A stretch of DNA of 64,000 nucleotides from Escherichia coli (GTDB lineage Bacteria > Pseudomonadota > Gammaproteobacteria > Enterobacterales > Enterobacteriaceae): assembly GCF_016903815.1 (NCBI RefSeq), contig NZ_CP069973.1; one strand, written 5' to 3'. The stretch's first letter is position 1, and every line of letters begins with the position of its first letter. Under the pieces are notes generated by a model. The model had not been told where the DNA came from. It did no database searches and worked only from the letters and a program-made list of their open reading frames with translations. Shown piece by piece: positions 20,047 through 29,284 of this stretch. Position numbers and translations under genes: made by a program.

Positions 20047-20104
20047 GATCTCCGTTGATTTGGATTGACTTCACATCATTAATCACCGCGGTAAAACTTT
20101 ACGG
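20047..20104 (-). repeat. ~58-nt conserved leader element, copy 2, abutting the start of gene 19308..20039
   Basis: See copy 1. This copy contains the RBS (AACGGAGATC) of the downstream gene. Confidence 0.7.
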
Positions 20105-20876
20105 CATCCCGCCATTGAGCAACGCCAATGGCTCCTGATTAAAACAGAATGAATCCCCCACGAAGAAAAAATAAACCTACACGCAGAGTAAAACACACAA
20201 CAACGGCATAAATGGTTTTTAAAAACTACAAAGCCTGAAGGGAAACGGATCCACAGAACGTGCAAACAAAACACCAAAAACGCAATCAGAACGCTTTCTG
20301 CTGCTGTGAATCAACAACAATACCAAAACCTACAGCTTAACCACAAAACTCAATCACAGAGCCGAATAGCGTGTTTAAAACCTGTTTACAGATAACCCTG
20401 CCACAAGAACAAAGTTCACCAATATCAGAATCGATTTTCTCATCCTGAAAATGTTACGTTTCACTACACAGCATAAAAACGATTAACTATTGATAACGTA
20501 AACCTCATCTGAATCAAAACACCAGAACCAATCATCACGCTTTTCCTGAAAAGAGCCTTGCGCTGAGAAAAAACACCAGGGTCAGTTAATCATCTCATCA
20601 ATCTCATCGTTACAAAAACATCCATAAAACCATTTAACAAAATCATCGTAAGCACACAGTAAATCACGCCAGGTTATCTCAGCCAAATTTTCGTTTTACA
20701 TAAAGACACTTGTCTCAGGTTAACGACTAAAAACACAAAAACTCAGAAAAGGTTAAACGTAACTTCAGAAAAATAGAATATCATATTGATTGCTTAAACA
20801 GGAAAGATTGTTTTGTAGTAGCATTAAGCTGATTTTAGTTAACGTAAAAACAGGACTGACAGGTTTACTAAACTGG

Positions 20877-21095
20877 ATGTGTATCAGACAAAGCAATGTG
20901 TATAACAATACTTAATGAAAACACTTGTAGAATTGTTTATGAAAATACGTGTATGTCTGGTAAAACACTTAGTAGAAAATACGTGTATAACACTTACTGA
21001 AATGCTTAGTAAAAATACTTAGTAAAATATGTGTAGAATTATCTATTTAAAAAGATATGTATATAACACTTAATAAAAACATGTGTATATAGTAT
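20877..21095. repeat. Iteron-like array of interleaved short direct repeats
   Basis: RTGTGTATAACAMTACTTAATRAAAA-type units at 20896, 20981 and 21056. CTTAGTARAAAT x3 at 20968, 21005 and 21018. TGTAGAATTRTYTAT x2 at about 20926 and 21032. RYGTGTAT cores also at 20877, 20947 and 21081. Confidence 0.7.
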
Positions 21096-21359
21096 CATAC
21101 CGACATTCTCAACATCTTCAGACTTCCATACATACTGGGTGTTGATTTCTCACTTTTACAGCCAGCATGGAGTTTTCTGTCCTAAAAACAGAGCAGATTT
21201 ACTCTGGAATTATTTTTCTACCCCCGTATTTCAGGCCCCAGAAAAGACAATCCGAAGCAAACCGTTTGTCAGCCTCCATATCATCTTTTACCCCCGGAAA
21301 GTGATCGCGTTTACAACCAGAATGACAGCCATACTGATTATGTCGTCTCCCGGCCCCCT

Positions 21360-21563
21360 TCACATATAACATGCATGTCTGTCATTGCTTACTGCTCCAC
21401 ATGACCGGATTTCACATACAGGATGCACATTCAGTGTTTTTATCGCTACTATAACAGACAGATTACTGTCGTCTTTACTCTTCAGATTGTTAATCTGACC
21501 ACAAGAACAGCCGAACGGCAAAACGCCCTCCACAAGGGGCACATGAACCATAGTTGATAGCAT
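21360..21563 (-). CDS. Possible small Cys-rich (zinc-finger-like) protein
   Basis: From the ATG at 21563 (AGGA 6 nt upstream): MLSTMVHVPLVEGVLPFGCSCGQINNL...HPVCEIRSCGAVSNDRHACYM, 67 aa, CxC...Cx4C spacing. Divergent from gene 21731..22522. Confidence 0.35.
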   Translation of the reverse strand: MLSTMVHVPLVEGVLPFGCSCGQINNLKSKDDSNLSVIVAIKTLNVHPVCEIRSCGAVSNDRHACYM

Positions 21564-21730
21564 GTTTTTCCTAATCAAGGAATAGTTCAGGAATATTTTA
21601 TTGCATTAATAACTGGCGAATAATCGTTCTGTGAACACAAAATGCTTTTATTTGTAAATTTTATTGCATTGCACTCGTTTTATTGATATGGGGTTTAATA
21701 ACAGATAACCCGGAAAGAAGGAGAAAACAG

Positions 21731-22522
21731 ATGACATTACGGATTAACGATCAGGGGCGAGATAAACAGAATCAATTTTTATCGAAAAATGGAGAAAATC
21801 TGAATTCGTTAAAATCGCGTCATGTGCAGGATAGGCATTTACCTGAATGGCTTAAGGATAAAGTTGCAGCATTCTGGTTTTGTCTGGTGATAAAGGATAT
21901 GAAAGTGTCAGGGAGCAGTTACTATGAACTTACCATGCAACTTCCCACTTCTGAAGAATCTGTTTGCATCAGTAAGCTGTCATCCTCAACCCATGAGATT
22001 CGGCTGGAGATCATCAGGCGATGGATTGATAGTGTAGCGCAGATAGAAACGGAAGCTTTTACTAAAAATCTCGTTGATGCCATCTATAAAAACTGGAAGG
22101 AAATCGGGAACAAAAACCAGGCCACATGGCTTAAAAAAAATCCGGAACAACTCGAGTGGGCATGGAAATATATTAACATTCGTATTCCCGAGTCACATTT
22201 AACCTGGTTTTGCCCCGTCAATAACGAAGAGAAACGCATTGCCATCTTAGCATTGCTTAAAATACTGTATCCCGGAGATATACCATGCCAGTACAACGAC
22301 AAAGAGTTTCATGTCGGGATCTGCGCTGAAGAACATTTTTACAGAAGAATGCACGACGCTTTCAGAAAACAGTTTATCGACGGGAAAAAAGATAAACGGG
22401 TACAAATTAACGTAAAGATATCACCGTCCGCAAAAAGCGCTCTGGACAGACTGACCAGAGCGAGGAAAACAACACAGCAGGCTATTCTGGAACAACTGAT
22501 TCTGAACGGTAGACTGGATTAA
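21731..22522 (+). CDS. Hypothetical protein, function unknown
   Basis: Track ORF 21683..22522. The preferred ATG is 21731, with AAGGAG 9 nt upstream. No recognisable catalytic motif. The tail ..ISPSAKSALDRLTRARKTTQQAILEQLILNG resembles a ribbon-helix-helix segment. Confidence 0.6.
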   Translation: MTLRINDQGRDKQNQFLSKNGENLNSLKSRHVQDRHLPEWLKDKVAAFWFCLVIKDMKVSGSSYYELTMQLPTSEESVCISKLSSSTHEIRLEIIRRWIDSVAQIETEAFTKNLVDAIYKNWKEIGNKNQATWLKKNPEQLEWAWKYINIRIPESHLTWFCPVNNEEKRIAILALLKILYPGDIPCQYNDKEFHVGICAEEHFYRRMHDAFRKQFIDGKKDKRVQINVKISPSAKSALDRLTRARKTTQQAILEQLILNGRLD

Positions 22523-23505
22523 CTTTCACTACTTCCACTCCTGGCAGTTTTCCTCTTTTTGTAGTGTCTCCCGGCTGCAGGCATCAGGTACTTTTCCGTC
22601 ATTTCGTTGCAGAACTCTTCAATGTAGTTAATCAGCTTCTGGTGTGCTTTCACCTTTTCTTCCCCGGGGGACGCTTTCAGATAAATGTCCTCCTTTTCCA
22701 CAAGTGTATTTATAAACTCTCCCGGACATCCCTGGTTATAAAGCAACGTGAAAAACAACACATTCCCCAGTCTCTCCAGTAACTGCGATTTAACCCTGTA
22801 TTGTTGTTTGCTGAGGATTGATTGTTTTATAAAGCTTAGTCTTGTTAAAAGTTGTTCAAATCCCGGTTCCAGTTTAAAAACAGATTTTAATACCAGGGAC
22901 TGATACTCCTGATAAAAAAGTTCAAACGTCGGGGATGCAGACTGACGAACAGATTTGGCTACAACCCATGGACTAAATCCCATGATTGGGATTTCCTTCG
23001 CTCCCTCCAGCGCACTCAGAGGTAGTCCAGCAATCCATGCGTCCAGCTTAGCCGAATCAATATCCCCGCTCAAAACCTCATACAAACTGCCCGTGAACGG
23101 TTGAGTCGGTTTTTTTGTTGTTTTACCTTCTGATTGCCTGAATCCATCCACTTTTCTCCGGATATTACGCGGAATCAGCATAAAAGGCGGGACATTAAGT
23201 GATAAACGTTTACCCGTCATACGATACCAGTGGCCCACCTCAACCTTAATCCGTGTATCTGGCCTTGTATCTGGCCTTGTATCTGGCCTTAGCTCAAGTG
23301 CTATTATGTTAAGCAGGTACAGATAACGCACCGTATAACAGTCAAAATGTTTCTCCGGATCAAACGGCTCTGATCGTTCTCTGCACACAAGTCCGCTGCG
23401 CTTCAGTATTCGCTGGGTATCTTTCCAGGCCTTACTCTGAAGAATGGTGGTAACTCTGGCTTTATTAGCAATCTCACGCAGCGCATCACTTTGTTGTGCC
23501 GTCAT
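22519..23505 (-). CDS. Hypothetical protein with an internal RPDT x3 tandem repeat
   Basis: Track ORF 22519..23520. The preferred ATG is 23505 (GGAGG upstream). Its stop codon overlaps the convergent stop of 21731..22522 (TTAA). No family recognised. Confidence 0.6.
   Translation of the reverse strand: MTAQQSDALREIANKARVTTILQSKAWKDTQRILKRSGLVCRERSEPFDPEKHFDCYTVRYLYLLNIIALELRPDTRPDTRPDTRIKVEVGHWYRMTGKRLSLNVPPFMLIPRNIRRKVDGFRQSEGKTTKKPTQPFTGSLYEVLSGDIDSAKLDAWIAGLPLSALEGAKEIPIMGFSPWVVAKSVRQSASPTFELFYQEYQSLVLKSVFKLEPGFEQLLTRLSFIKQSILSKQQYRVKSQLLERLGNVLFFTLLYNQGCPGEFINTLVEKEDIYLKASPGEEKVKAHQKLINYIEEFCNEMTEKYLMPAAGRHYKKRKTARSGSSES
23255..23290. repeat. Perfect 12-bp x 3 tandem repeat GTATCTGGCCTT inside CDS 22519..23505
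   Basis: Read directly from the sequence. On the minus strand it encodes RPDTRPDTRPDT. Confidence 0.95.
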
Positions 23506-23611
23506 CTCTTCCCTCCACACTTTGTCACTCCAGATTTTTTCACGTCCATATTACCTGAATGATAAACCGGATTAGTGTGATCCGGTTCAGCGAAATCAAC
23601 AGGATACCGGT

Positions 23612-24496
23612 ATGTCATTCAGCCATTCTTCCCTCTCTGCACAAGTGAAATCATATCTGACGTTTCTTCCTGAAGAAATTCGCCAGAAAATCCTTGAACA
23701 TCTCCACGGTGTTATTCATTACGAGCCCGTGATTGGCATTATGGGTAAATCCGGCACAGGCAAAAGCAGCCTGTGTAATGCCATTTTTCAGTCCCGTATC
23801 TGCGCCACGCATCCCCTGAACGGCTGCACCCGCCAGGCTCATCGTCTTACCCTGCAGCTCGGTGAACGCAGAATGACGCTGGTCGATCTGCCCGGCATTG
23901 GTGAAACACCGCAGCATGATCAGGAATACCGGACACTTTATCGTCAGCTGCTACCGGAACTGGATCTGATTATCTGGATCCTACGGGCTGATGAACGTGC
24001 GTATGCTGCCGATATTGCCATGCATCAGTTTTTACTGAATGAAGGTGCAGATCCCTCGCGTTTTCTGTTTGTTCTCAGCCATGCCGATCGCGTGTTTCCT
24101 GCTGAAGAATGGAACGACACAGAAAAATGCCCGTCCCGTCAGCAGGCGCTCTCACTGGCGACGGTGACAGCCCGGGTGGCAACCCTGTTCCCTTCATCAT
24201 TTCCGGTACTCTCCGTTGCTGCACCTGTCGGCTGGAACCTTCCGGCGTTTGTGTCGCTGATGATCCACGCACTGCCACCACAGGCAACCAGCGCGGTGTA
24301 TTCACATATCCGGGGAGAAAACCGCTCTGAACAGGCCCAGAAACACGCACAACAGACTTTTGGTGACGCCATCGGGAAAAGCTTTGACGCTGCCGTTGTC
24401 CGGTTCAGTTTTCCGGCCTGGATGTTACAGCTTCTCCGTAAAGCCCGGGACCGCATTATCCACCTGCTGGTCACACTGTGGGATCGTCTGTTCTGA
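23612..24496 (+). CDS. YeeP/YkfA/YfjP-family GTPase (CP4-type prophage-like island)
   Basis: 294-aa ORF with P-loop GKSGTGKSSLCNAIF, G3 motif DLPGIGE and SHAD. First gene of the yeeP...cbtA module. Confidence 0.85.
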   Translation: MSFSHSSLSAQVKSYLTFLPEEIRQKILEHLHGVIHYEPVIGIMGKSGTGKSSLCNAIFQSRICATHPLNGCTRQAHRLTLQLGERRMTLVDLPGIGETPQHDQEYRTLYRQLLPELDLIIWILRADERAYAADIAMHQFLLNEGADPSRFLFVLSHADRVFPAEEWNDTEKCPSRQQALSLATVTARVATLFPSSFPVLSVAAPVGWNLPAFVSLMIHALPPQATSAVYSHIRGENRSEQAQKHAQQTFGDAIGKSFDAAVVRFSFPAWMLQLLRKARDRIIHLLVTLWDRLF

Positions 24497-24614
24497 GCGC
24501 CCCGGAGTCCCCCGTGGCAACCGTATACCTTTACACGACAACGGATTACGGTAACCACTGCCGTATACCGTCTGTCATTATCAATAACACGCTCTTTAAT
24601 TTCAGAGGTCAGTC

Positions 24615-25292
24615 ATGAATACCAGAATTCTTTTTCCCCTGCTGTTCACTGTGGCATCCTTCTCCGCCTCCGCCGGCAACTGGGCTGTCAAAAACGGCTG
24701 GTGTCAGACCATGACGGAAGATGGTCAGGCACTGGTAATGCTGAAAAATGGCACGATTGGTATTACCGGCCTGATGCAGGAATGCCCGAATGGCGTACAG
24801 ACGCTCCTGGGCAGCCGTATCAGTATTAACGGTAACCTGATCCCCACATCACAAATGTGTAATCAGCAGACGGGATTCAGGGCTGTTGAGGTGGAAGTCG
24901 GACAGGCGCCGGAAATGGTCAAAAAAGCCGTTCACTCCATAGCAGAGCGTGATGTGTCCGTTTTACAGGCATTTGGTGTACGAATGGAATTCACCCGCGG
25001 TGATATGCTGAAGGTCTGTCCGAAATTTGTCACATCACTTGCCGGTTTTTCCCCGAAACAGACACCCGCCATTAATAAAGATTCCGTCCTGCAGGCTGCC
25101 CGGCAGGCATACGCCCGGGAATATGACGAGGAAACAACAGAAACCGCTGATTTTGGCTCTTACGAAGTAAAAGGCAATAAGGTTGAGTTTGAAGTGTTCA
25201 ATCCTGAAGACCGTGCGTACGACAAAGTGACCGTCACGGTTGGTGCTGACGGTAATGCCACCGGTGCCAGCGTTGAATTTATCGGAAAATAG
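24615..25292 (+). CDS. Exported protein of unknown function
   Basis: 225-aa ORF with signal peptide [20 protein letters not shown]. It occupies the slot that holds the Ag43 gene in CP4-44-type islands. Confidence 0.6.
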   Translation: MNTRILFPLLFTVASFSASAGNWAVKNGWCQTMTEDGQALVMLKNGTIGITGLMQECPNGVQTLLGSRISINGNLIPTSQMCNQQTGFRAVEVEVGQAPEMVKKAVHSIAERDVSVLQAFGVRMEFTRGDMLKVCPKFVTSLAGFSPKQTPAINKDSVLQAARQAYAREYDEETTETADFGSYEVKGNKVEFEVFNPEDRAYDKVTVTVGADGNATGASVEFIGK

Positions 25293-25297
25293 CCGGT

Positions 25298-25531
25298 ATG
25301 TCGGACTGTCACCCTGTTTTATTGCCCGAAGGCCCTTTCTCACGCGAACAGGCGGTTGCCGTCACAACAGCTTACCGCAATGTGCTTATTGAAGATGACC
25401 AGGGAACGCATTTCCGGCTGGTTATCCGTAATGCTGAAGGTCAGTTGCGCTGGCGATACTGGAATTTTGAACCTGATGCCGGAAAACAGCTAAATCCGCA
25501 TCTCGCCAGTGAGGGAATTCTCAGGCAATAA
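25298..25531 (+). CDS. Small DUF905-like island protein
   Basis: 77-aa ORF ..[53 protein letters not shown]... Position and size match the DUF905 genes of CP4-type islands. Confidence 0.6.
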   Translation: MSDCHPVLLPEGPFSREQAVAVTTAYRNVLIEDDQGTHFRLVIRNAEGQLRWRYWNFEPDAGKQLNPHLASEGILRQ

Positions 25532-25552
25532 ACGTCTTCATTTCATCCATCA

Positions 25553-25585
25553 GGCCGCGTCTTCTCCGGGAGACGCGGCCTTTTC
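25553..25585 (+). terminator. Rho-independent terminator
   Basis: GGCCGCGTC-N10-GACGCGGCC followed by TTTT. Confidence 0.8.
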
Positions 25586-25620
25586 ATTTATACCGCTAAC
25601 TCATTCATAAGGAGCAAAGT

Positions 25621-26439
25621 ATGCAATTAGCCAGTCGTTTTGGTCATGTAAATCAGATCCGTCGGGAGCGCCCACTGACACGCGAAGAACTGATGTACCA
25701 CGTCCCGAGTATTTTTGGAGAAGACCGGCACACCTCCCGCAGTGAACGGTATGCGTACATTCCCACCATCACCGTCCTGGAAAATCTGCAGCGGGAAGGC
25801 TTTCAGCCGTTCTTCGCCTGCCAGACCCGTGTGCGCGACCAGAGCCGTCGGGAATATACCAAACACATGCTGCGTCTGCGGCGGAGCGGACAGATAACCG
25901 GCCAGCATGTGCCTGAAATTATTCTGCTCAACTCCCATGACGGTTCATCCAGCTACCAGATGTTACCCGGATATTTTCGTGCCATCTGCACCAATGGCCT
26001 GGTCTGCGGTCAGTCGCTGGGAGAAGTCCGGGTGCCACACCGGGGAAACGTGGTGGACAGGGTGATTGAAGGTGCTTACGAAGTGGTGGGCGTTTTTGAC
26101 CGGATTGAGGAAAAGCGTGATGCCATGCAGTCGCTGCTCTTACCGCCACCGGCACGTCAGGCACTGGCTCAGGCGGCACTGACTTACCGTTATGGTGACG
26201 AACATCAGCCCGTCACCACTGCCGACATTCTGACACCACGACGCCGGGAGGATTACGGTAAGGACCTGTGGAGTGCTTATCAGACCATCCAGGAGAATAT
26301 GCTGAAAGGCGGGATTTCCGGCCGCAGTGCAAAAGGAAAACGTATCCATACCCGGGCCATTCACAACATCGACACCGACATTAAGCTCAATCGCGCATTG
26401 TGGGTGATGGCGGAAACGCTGCTGGAGAACCTGCGCTGA
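25621..26439 (+). CDS. YafZ/YfjQ family protein (UPF0380/DUF932)
   Basis: 272-aa ORF MQLASRFGHVNQIRRERPLTREELM...EGFQPFFACQTRVRD...ILLNSHDGSSSYQM...CTNGLVCG... closely parallels K-12 YfjQ/YafZ. Confidence 0.8.
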   Translation: MQLASRFGHVNQIRRERPLTREELMYHVPSIFGEDRHTSRSERYAYIPTITVLENLQREGFQPFFACQTRVRDQSRREYTKHMLRLRRSGQITGQHVPEIILLNSHDGSSSYQMLPGYFRAICTNGLVCGQSLGEVRVPHRGNVVDRVIEGAYEVVGVFDRIEEKRDAMQSLLLPPPARQALAQAALTYRYGDEHQPVTTADILTPRRREDYGKDLWSAYQTIQENMLKGGISGRSAKGKRIHTRAIHNIDTDIKLNRALWVMAETLLENLR

Positions 26440-26515
26440 TGCCGTTTACCTGAATCACGTCTGTCCCTGCCCCCGAGCCTTCTTCATTCATTTGCTTTTT
26501 ATAAGGAATAATATC

Positions 26516-27001
26516 ATGACAACCTCTTCGCATAATTCCACCACACCTTCTGTTTCCGTAACTACTGCATCAGGGAATAACCAGTCTCAACTGGTTGCCA
26601 CTCCCGTCCCTGATGAACAGCGCATCAGCTTCTGGCCGCAGCACTTTGGCCTCATTCCACAGTGGGTGACCCTGGAGCCCCGCGTCTTCGGCTGGATGGA
26701 CCGTCTGTGCGAAGACTACTGCGGTGGTATCTGGAATCTGTACACCCTGAACAACGGCGGGGCATTTATGGCACCCGAACCGGATGACGATGATGACGAA
26801 ACATGGGTACTGTTCAATGCCATGAACGGTAACCGCGCTGAAATGAGCCCGGAAGCTGCCGGTATTGCCGCCTGTCTGATGACGTACAGTCATCATGCCT
26901 GTCGTACGGAGTGTTATGCCATGACGGTCCATTATTACCGGCTGCGGGATTACGCCCTGCAGCATCCGGAATGCAGCGCCATTATGCGCATCATCGACTG
27001 A
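26516..27001 (+). CDS. Antirestriction protein (ArdB/KlcA-like, YfjX/YafX family)
   Basis: From the ATG at 26516 (AAGGAA upstream): MTTSSHNSTTP...FWPQHFGLIPQWVTLEPRVFGWMDRLCEDYCGGIWNLYTLNNGGAFMAP.... Confidence 0.8.
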   Translation: MTTSSHNSTTPSVSVTTASGNNQSQLVATPVPDEQRISFWPQHFGLIPQWVTLEPRVFGWMDRLCEDYCGGIWNLYTLNNGGAFMAPEPDDDDDETWVLFNAMNGNRAEMSPEAAGIAACLMTYSHHACRTECYAMTVHYYRLRDYALQHPECSAIMRIID

Positions 27002-27016
27002 ATGGAGGCAGGGACA

Positions 27017-27493
27017 ATGCAGCAGCTTTCCTTTCTGCCCGGAGAAATGACGCCCGGCGAGCGCAGTCTCATTCTGCGGGCTCTGAAAACCCTGGACCGC
27101 CATCTTCATGAACCCGGTGTGGCCTTCACCTCCACCCGTGCGGCACGGGAATGGCTGATTCTGAACATGGCGGGACTGGAGCGTGAAGAGTTCCGGGTGC
27201 TGTATCTGAATAACCAGAATCAGCTGATTGCCGGTGAAACCCTCTTCACCGGCACCATCAACCGCACGGAAGTCCATCCCCGGGAAGTGATTAAACGCGC
27301 CCTGTATCACAATGCCGCTGCCGTGGTGCTGGCACACAATCACCCGTCAGGTGAAGTCACACCCAGCAAGGCAGACCGCCTTATTACGGAACGTCTGGTA
27401 CAGGCACTGGCCCTGGTGGATATCCGGGTGCCGGACCATCTGATAATCGGTGGCAGCCAGGTTTTCTCCTTTGCGGAACACGGTCTGCTTTAA
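27017..27493 (+). CDS. RadC-like JAB-domain protein (YeeS/YkfG/YfjY family)
   Basis: MQQLSFLPGEMTPGERSLI...AHNHPSGEVTPSKADRLITERL (JAMM motif HxHPSG...D). Confidence 0.85.
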   Translation: MQQLSFLPGEMTPGERSLILRALKTLDRHLHEPGVAFTSTRAAREWLILNMAGLEREEFRVLYLNNQNQLIAGETLFTGTINRTEVHPREVIKRALYHNAAAVVLAHNHPSGEVTPSKADRLITERLVQALALVDIRVPDHLIIGGSQVFSFAEHGLL

Positions 27494-27561
27494 CCCGTCA
27501 CCGTCACAACCACATCACACCTGTTTTCACTTTTATCTTCTGTCTTCAGAGGTATCACACT

Positions 27562-27783
27562 ATGAAAATCATCACCCGTGGTGAAGCCATGCGTATTCAC
27601 CGTCAGCATCCTGCATCCCGTCTTTTTCCGTTCTGTACCGGCAAATACCGCTGGCATGGTGGCACTGAAGCGTATACCGGTCGTGAAGTGCAGGATATTC
27701 CCGGTGTGCTGGCTGTATTTGCAGAACGCCGTAAGGACAGTTTTGGCCCGTATGTCCGGCTGATGAGTGTCACCCTGAACTGA
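27562..27783 (+). CDS. DUF987 protein (YeeT family)
   Basis: 73-aa ORF MKIITRGEAMRIHRQHPASRLFPFCTGKYRWHG... in the canonical position before the antitoxin. Confidence 0.8.
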   Translation: MKIITRGEAMRIHRQHPASRLFPFCTGKYRWHGGTEAYTGREVQDIPGVLAVFAERRKDSFGPYVRLMSVTLN

Positions 27784-27945
27784 TGTTCCGTCACCCGGGA
27801 AACGAGTACGACCAGATGACCTCAGACGCCGCTGTGGATGAGGCCATTCTCATCAACGAATACACCTTCACCGAAACCGGTCAGCGCGCCGGCTGACCTG
27901 TCATCATTAAACCATTCTTAACCACTTTTCAGAGAGGATTTTATC

Positions 27946-28314
27946 GTGTCAGACAAACTCTCCGGGATAACTCATCCCGACGACAATCACGACCGCCCCT
28001 GGTGGGGGCTTCCCTGCACAGTGAGGCCCTGTTTTGGCGCTCGTCTGGTGCAGGAGGGTAACCGCCTGCATTACCTTGCCGACCGCGCCGGTATCAGAGG
28101 CCGCTTCAGCGACGCAGATGCATACCATCTGGACCAGGCCTTTCCGCTGCTGATGAAACAACTGGAACTCATGCTCACCAGCGGTGAACTGAATCCCCGA
28201 CATCAGCATACCGTCACGCTGTATGCGAAAGGGCTGACCTGCGAAGCCGACACCCTCGGCTCCTGTGGTTACGTTTATCTGGCTGTTTATCCGACGCCCG
28301 AAACGAAAAAGTAA
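27946..28314 (+). CDS. CbeA/YeeU-family type IV antitoxin
   Basis: 122-aa ORF (GTG start) MSDKLSGITHPDDNHDRPWWGLPCTVRPCFGARLVQEGNRLHYLADRAG.... Confidence 0.88.
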   Translation: MSDKLSGITHPDDNHDRPWWGLPCTVRPCFGARLVQEGNRLHYLADRAGIRGRFSDADAYHLDQAFPLLMKQLELMLTSGELNPRHQHTVTLYAKGLTCEADTLGSCGYVYLAVYPTPETKK

Positions 28315-28403
28315 ACCACCGGAATAACCTTCTGCTCCGGCCTGGTGCTTTCACCACGCCACTTTTCCATTTTTCATCTCTGCATATCAGGAAAACCTTC
28401 AGT

Positions 28404-28781
28404 ATGAAAACATTACCCGATACACACGTACGGGAGGCATCGAGCTGCCCGTCTCCCGTCACCATCTGGCAGACTCTGCTCTCCCGACTACTGGGCCAGC
28501 ATTACGGCCTTACACTGAATGACACACCGTTCGCCGATGAACGTGTGATTGAGCAGCATATTGAAGCTGGCATTTCACTGTGTGATGCGGTGAATTTTCT
28601 CGTGGAAAAATACGCGCTGGTGCGTACCGACCAGCCGGGATTCAGCACTTGTCCCCGCTCTCAGTTAATAAACAGTATTGATATCCTCCGGGCTCGCCGG
28701 GCGACCGGCCTGATGACCCGCGACAACTACAGAACGGTAAATAACATTACCCTGGGTAAACATCCGGGGGCGAAACAATGA
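28404..28781 (+). CDS. CbtA/YeeV-family cytoskeleton-targeting toxin
   Basis: 125-aa ORF MKTLPDTHVREASSCPSPVTIWQTLLSRLLGQHYGLTLNDTPFADE... immediately after the antitoxin. Confidence 0.88.
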   Translation: MKTLPDTHVREASSCPSPVTIWQTLLSRLLGQHYGLTLNDTPFADERVIEQHIEAGISLCDAVNFLVEKYALVRTDQPGFSTCPRSQLINSIDILRARRATGLMTRDNYRTVNNITLGKHPGAKQ

Positions 28782-29200
28782 AACTGGCCCTGACGCTGGA
28801 AGCCGACAGCATTAATGCGCAGGCGCTGAACATGGGGCGCATTGTCGTTGACGTCGATGGTATTAAGCTCGCTGAACTGATTAACAAAGTCGCTGAAAAC
28901 GGTTATTCACTCCGCGTGGTGGATGAACATGACGCTACCGAAACACCGGCGACTTCTGCCAGCCCTCATCAGTTGCCGGAAGACAATACAGTGATACAGA
29001 GCGTGATGCCATTAACCACTGAAACAGCGCTGGATATCCTCATTGCGTGGCTGCAGGACAATATTGACTGCGAATCGGAAATTATCTTTGACAACGATGA
29101 GGACAAAACGGATTCGGCAGCACTGTTGCCCTGTATTGAACAGGCCAGGGAGGATATCCGTACCCTGCGCCAACTGCAGCTTCTGTACCAGAACCGGTGA
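28778..29200 (+). CDS. YeeW-like protein (DUF5983-type)
   Basis: 140-aa ORF overlapping the toxin stop (ATGA), at the conserved position downstream of cbtA-family toxins. Confidence 0.6.
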   Translation: MKLALTLEADSINAQALNMGRIVVDVDGIKLAELINKVAENGYSLRVVDEHDATETPATSASPHQLPEDNTVIQSVMPLTTETALDILIAWLQDNIDCESEIIFDNDEDKTDSAALLPCIEQAREDIRTLRQLQLLYQNR

Positions 29201-29284
29201 GTCTTACTCACCAGACTTCATTCCACTGACGCCAGCCTGAACAGGGCAGGCGTTTTCATTTATCTGCAAAAAGGAATATCGATT

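Noticed and set aside
20877-21095. A CRISPR array
   Set aside because: The repeats are 9-26 bp, degenerate and interleaved from several families. There are no uniform spacers and no cas genes in the window.
26570-27343. A 257-aa minus-strand ORF
   Set aside because: It is antisense to the well-supported antirestriction and RadC-like genes. It is a long open antisense frame of the kind common in GC-rich coding DNA, with no motif.
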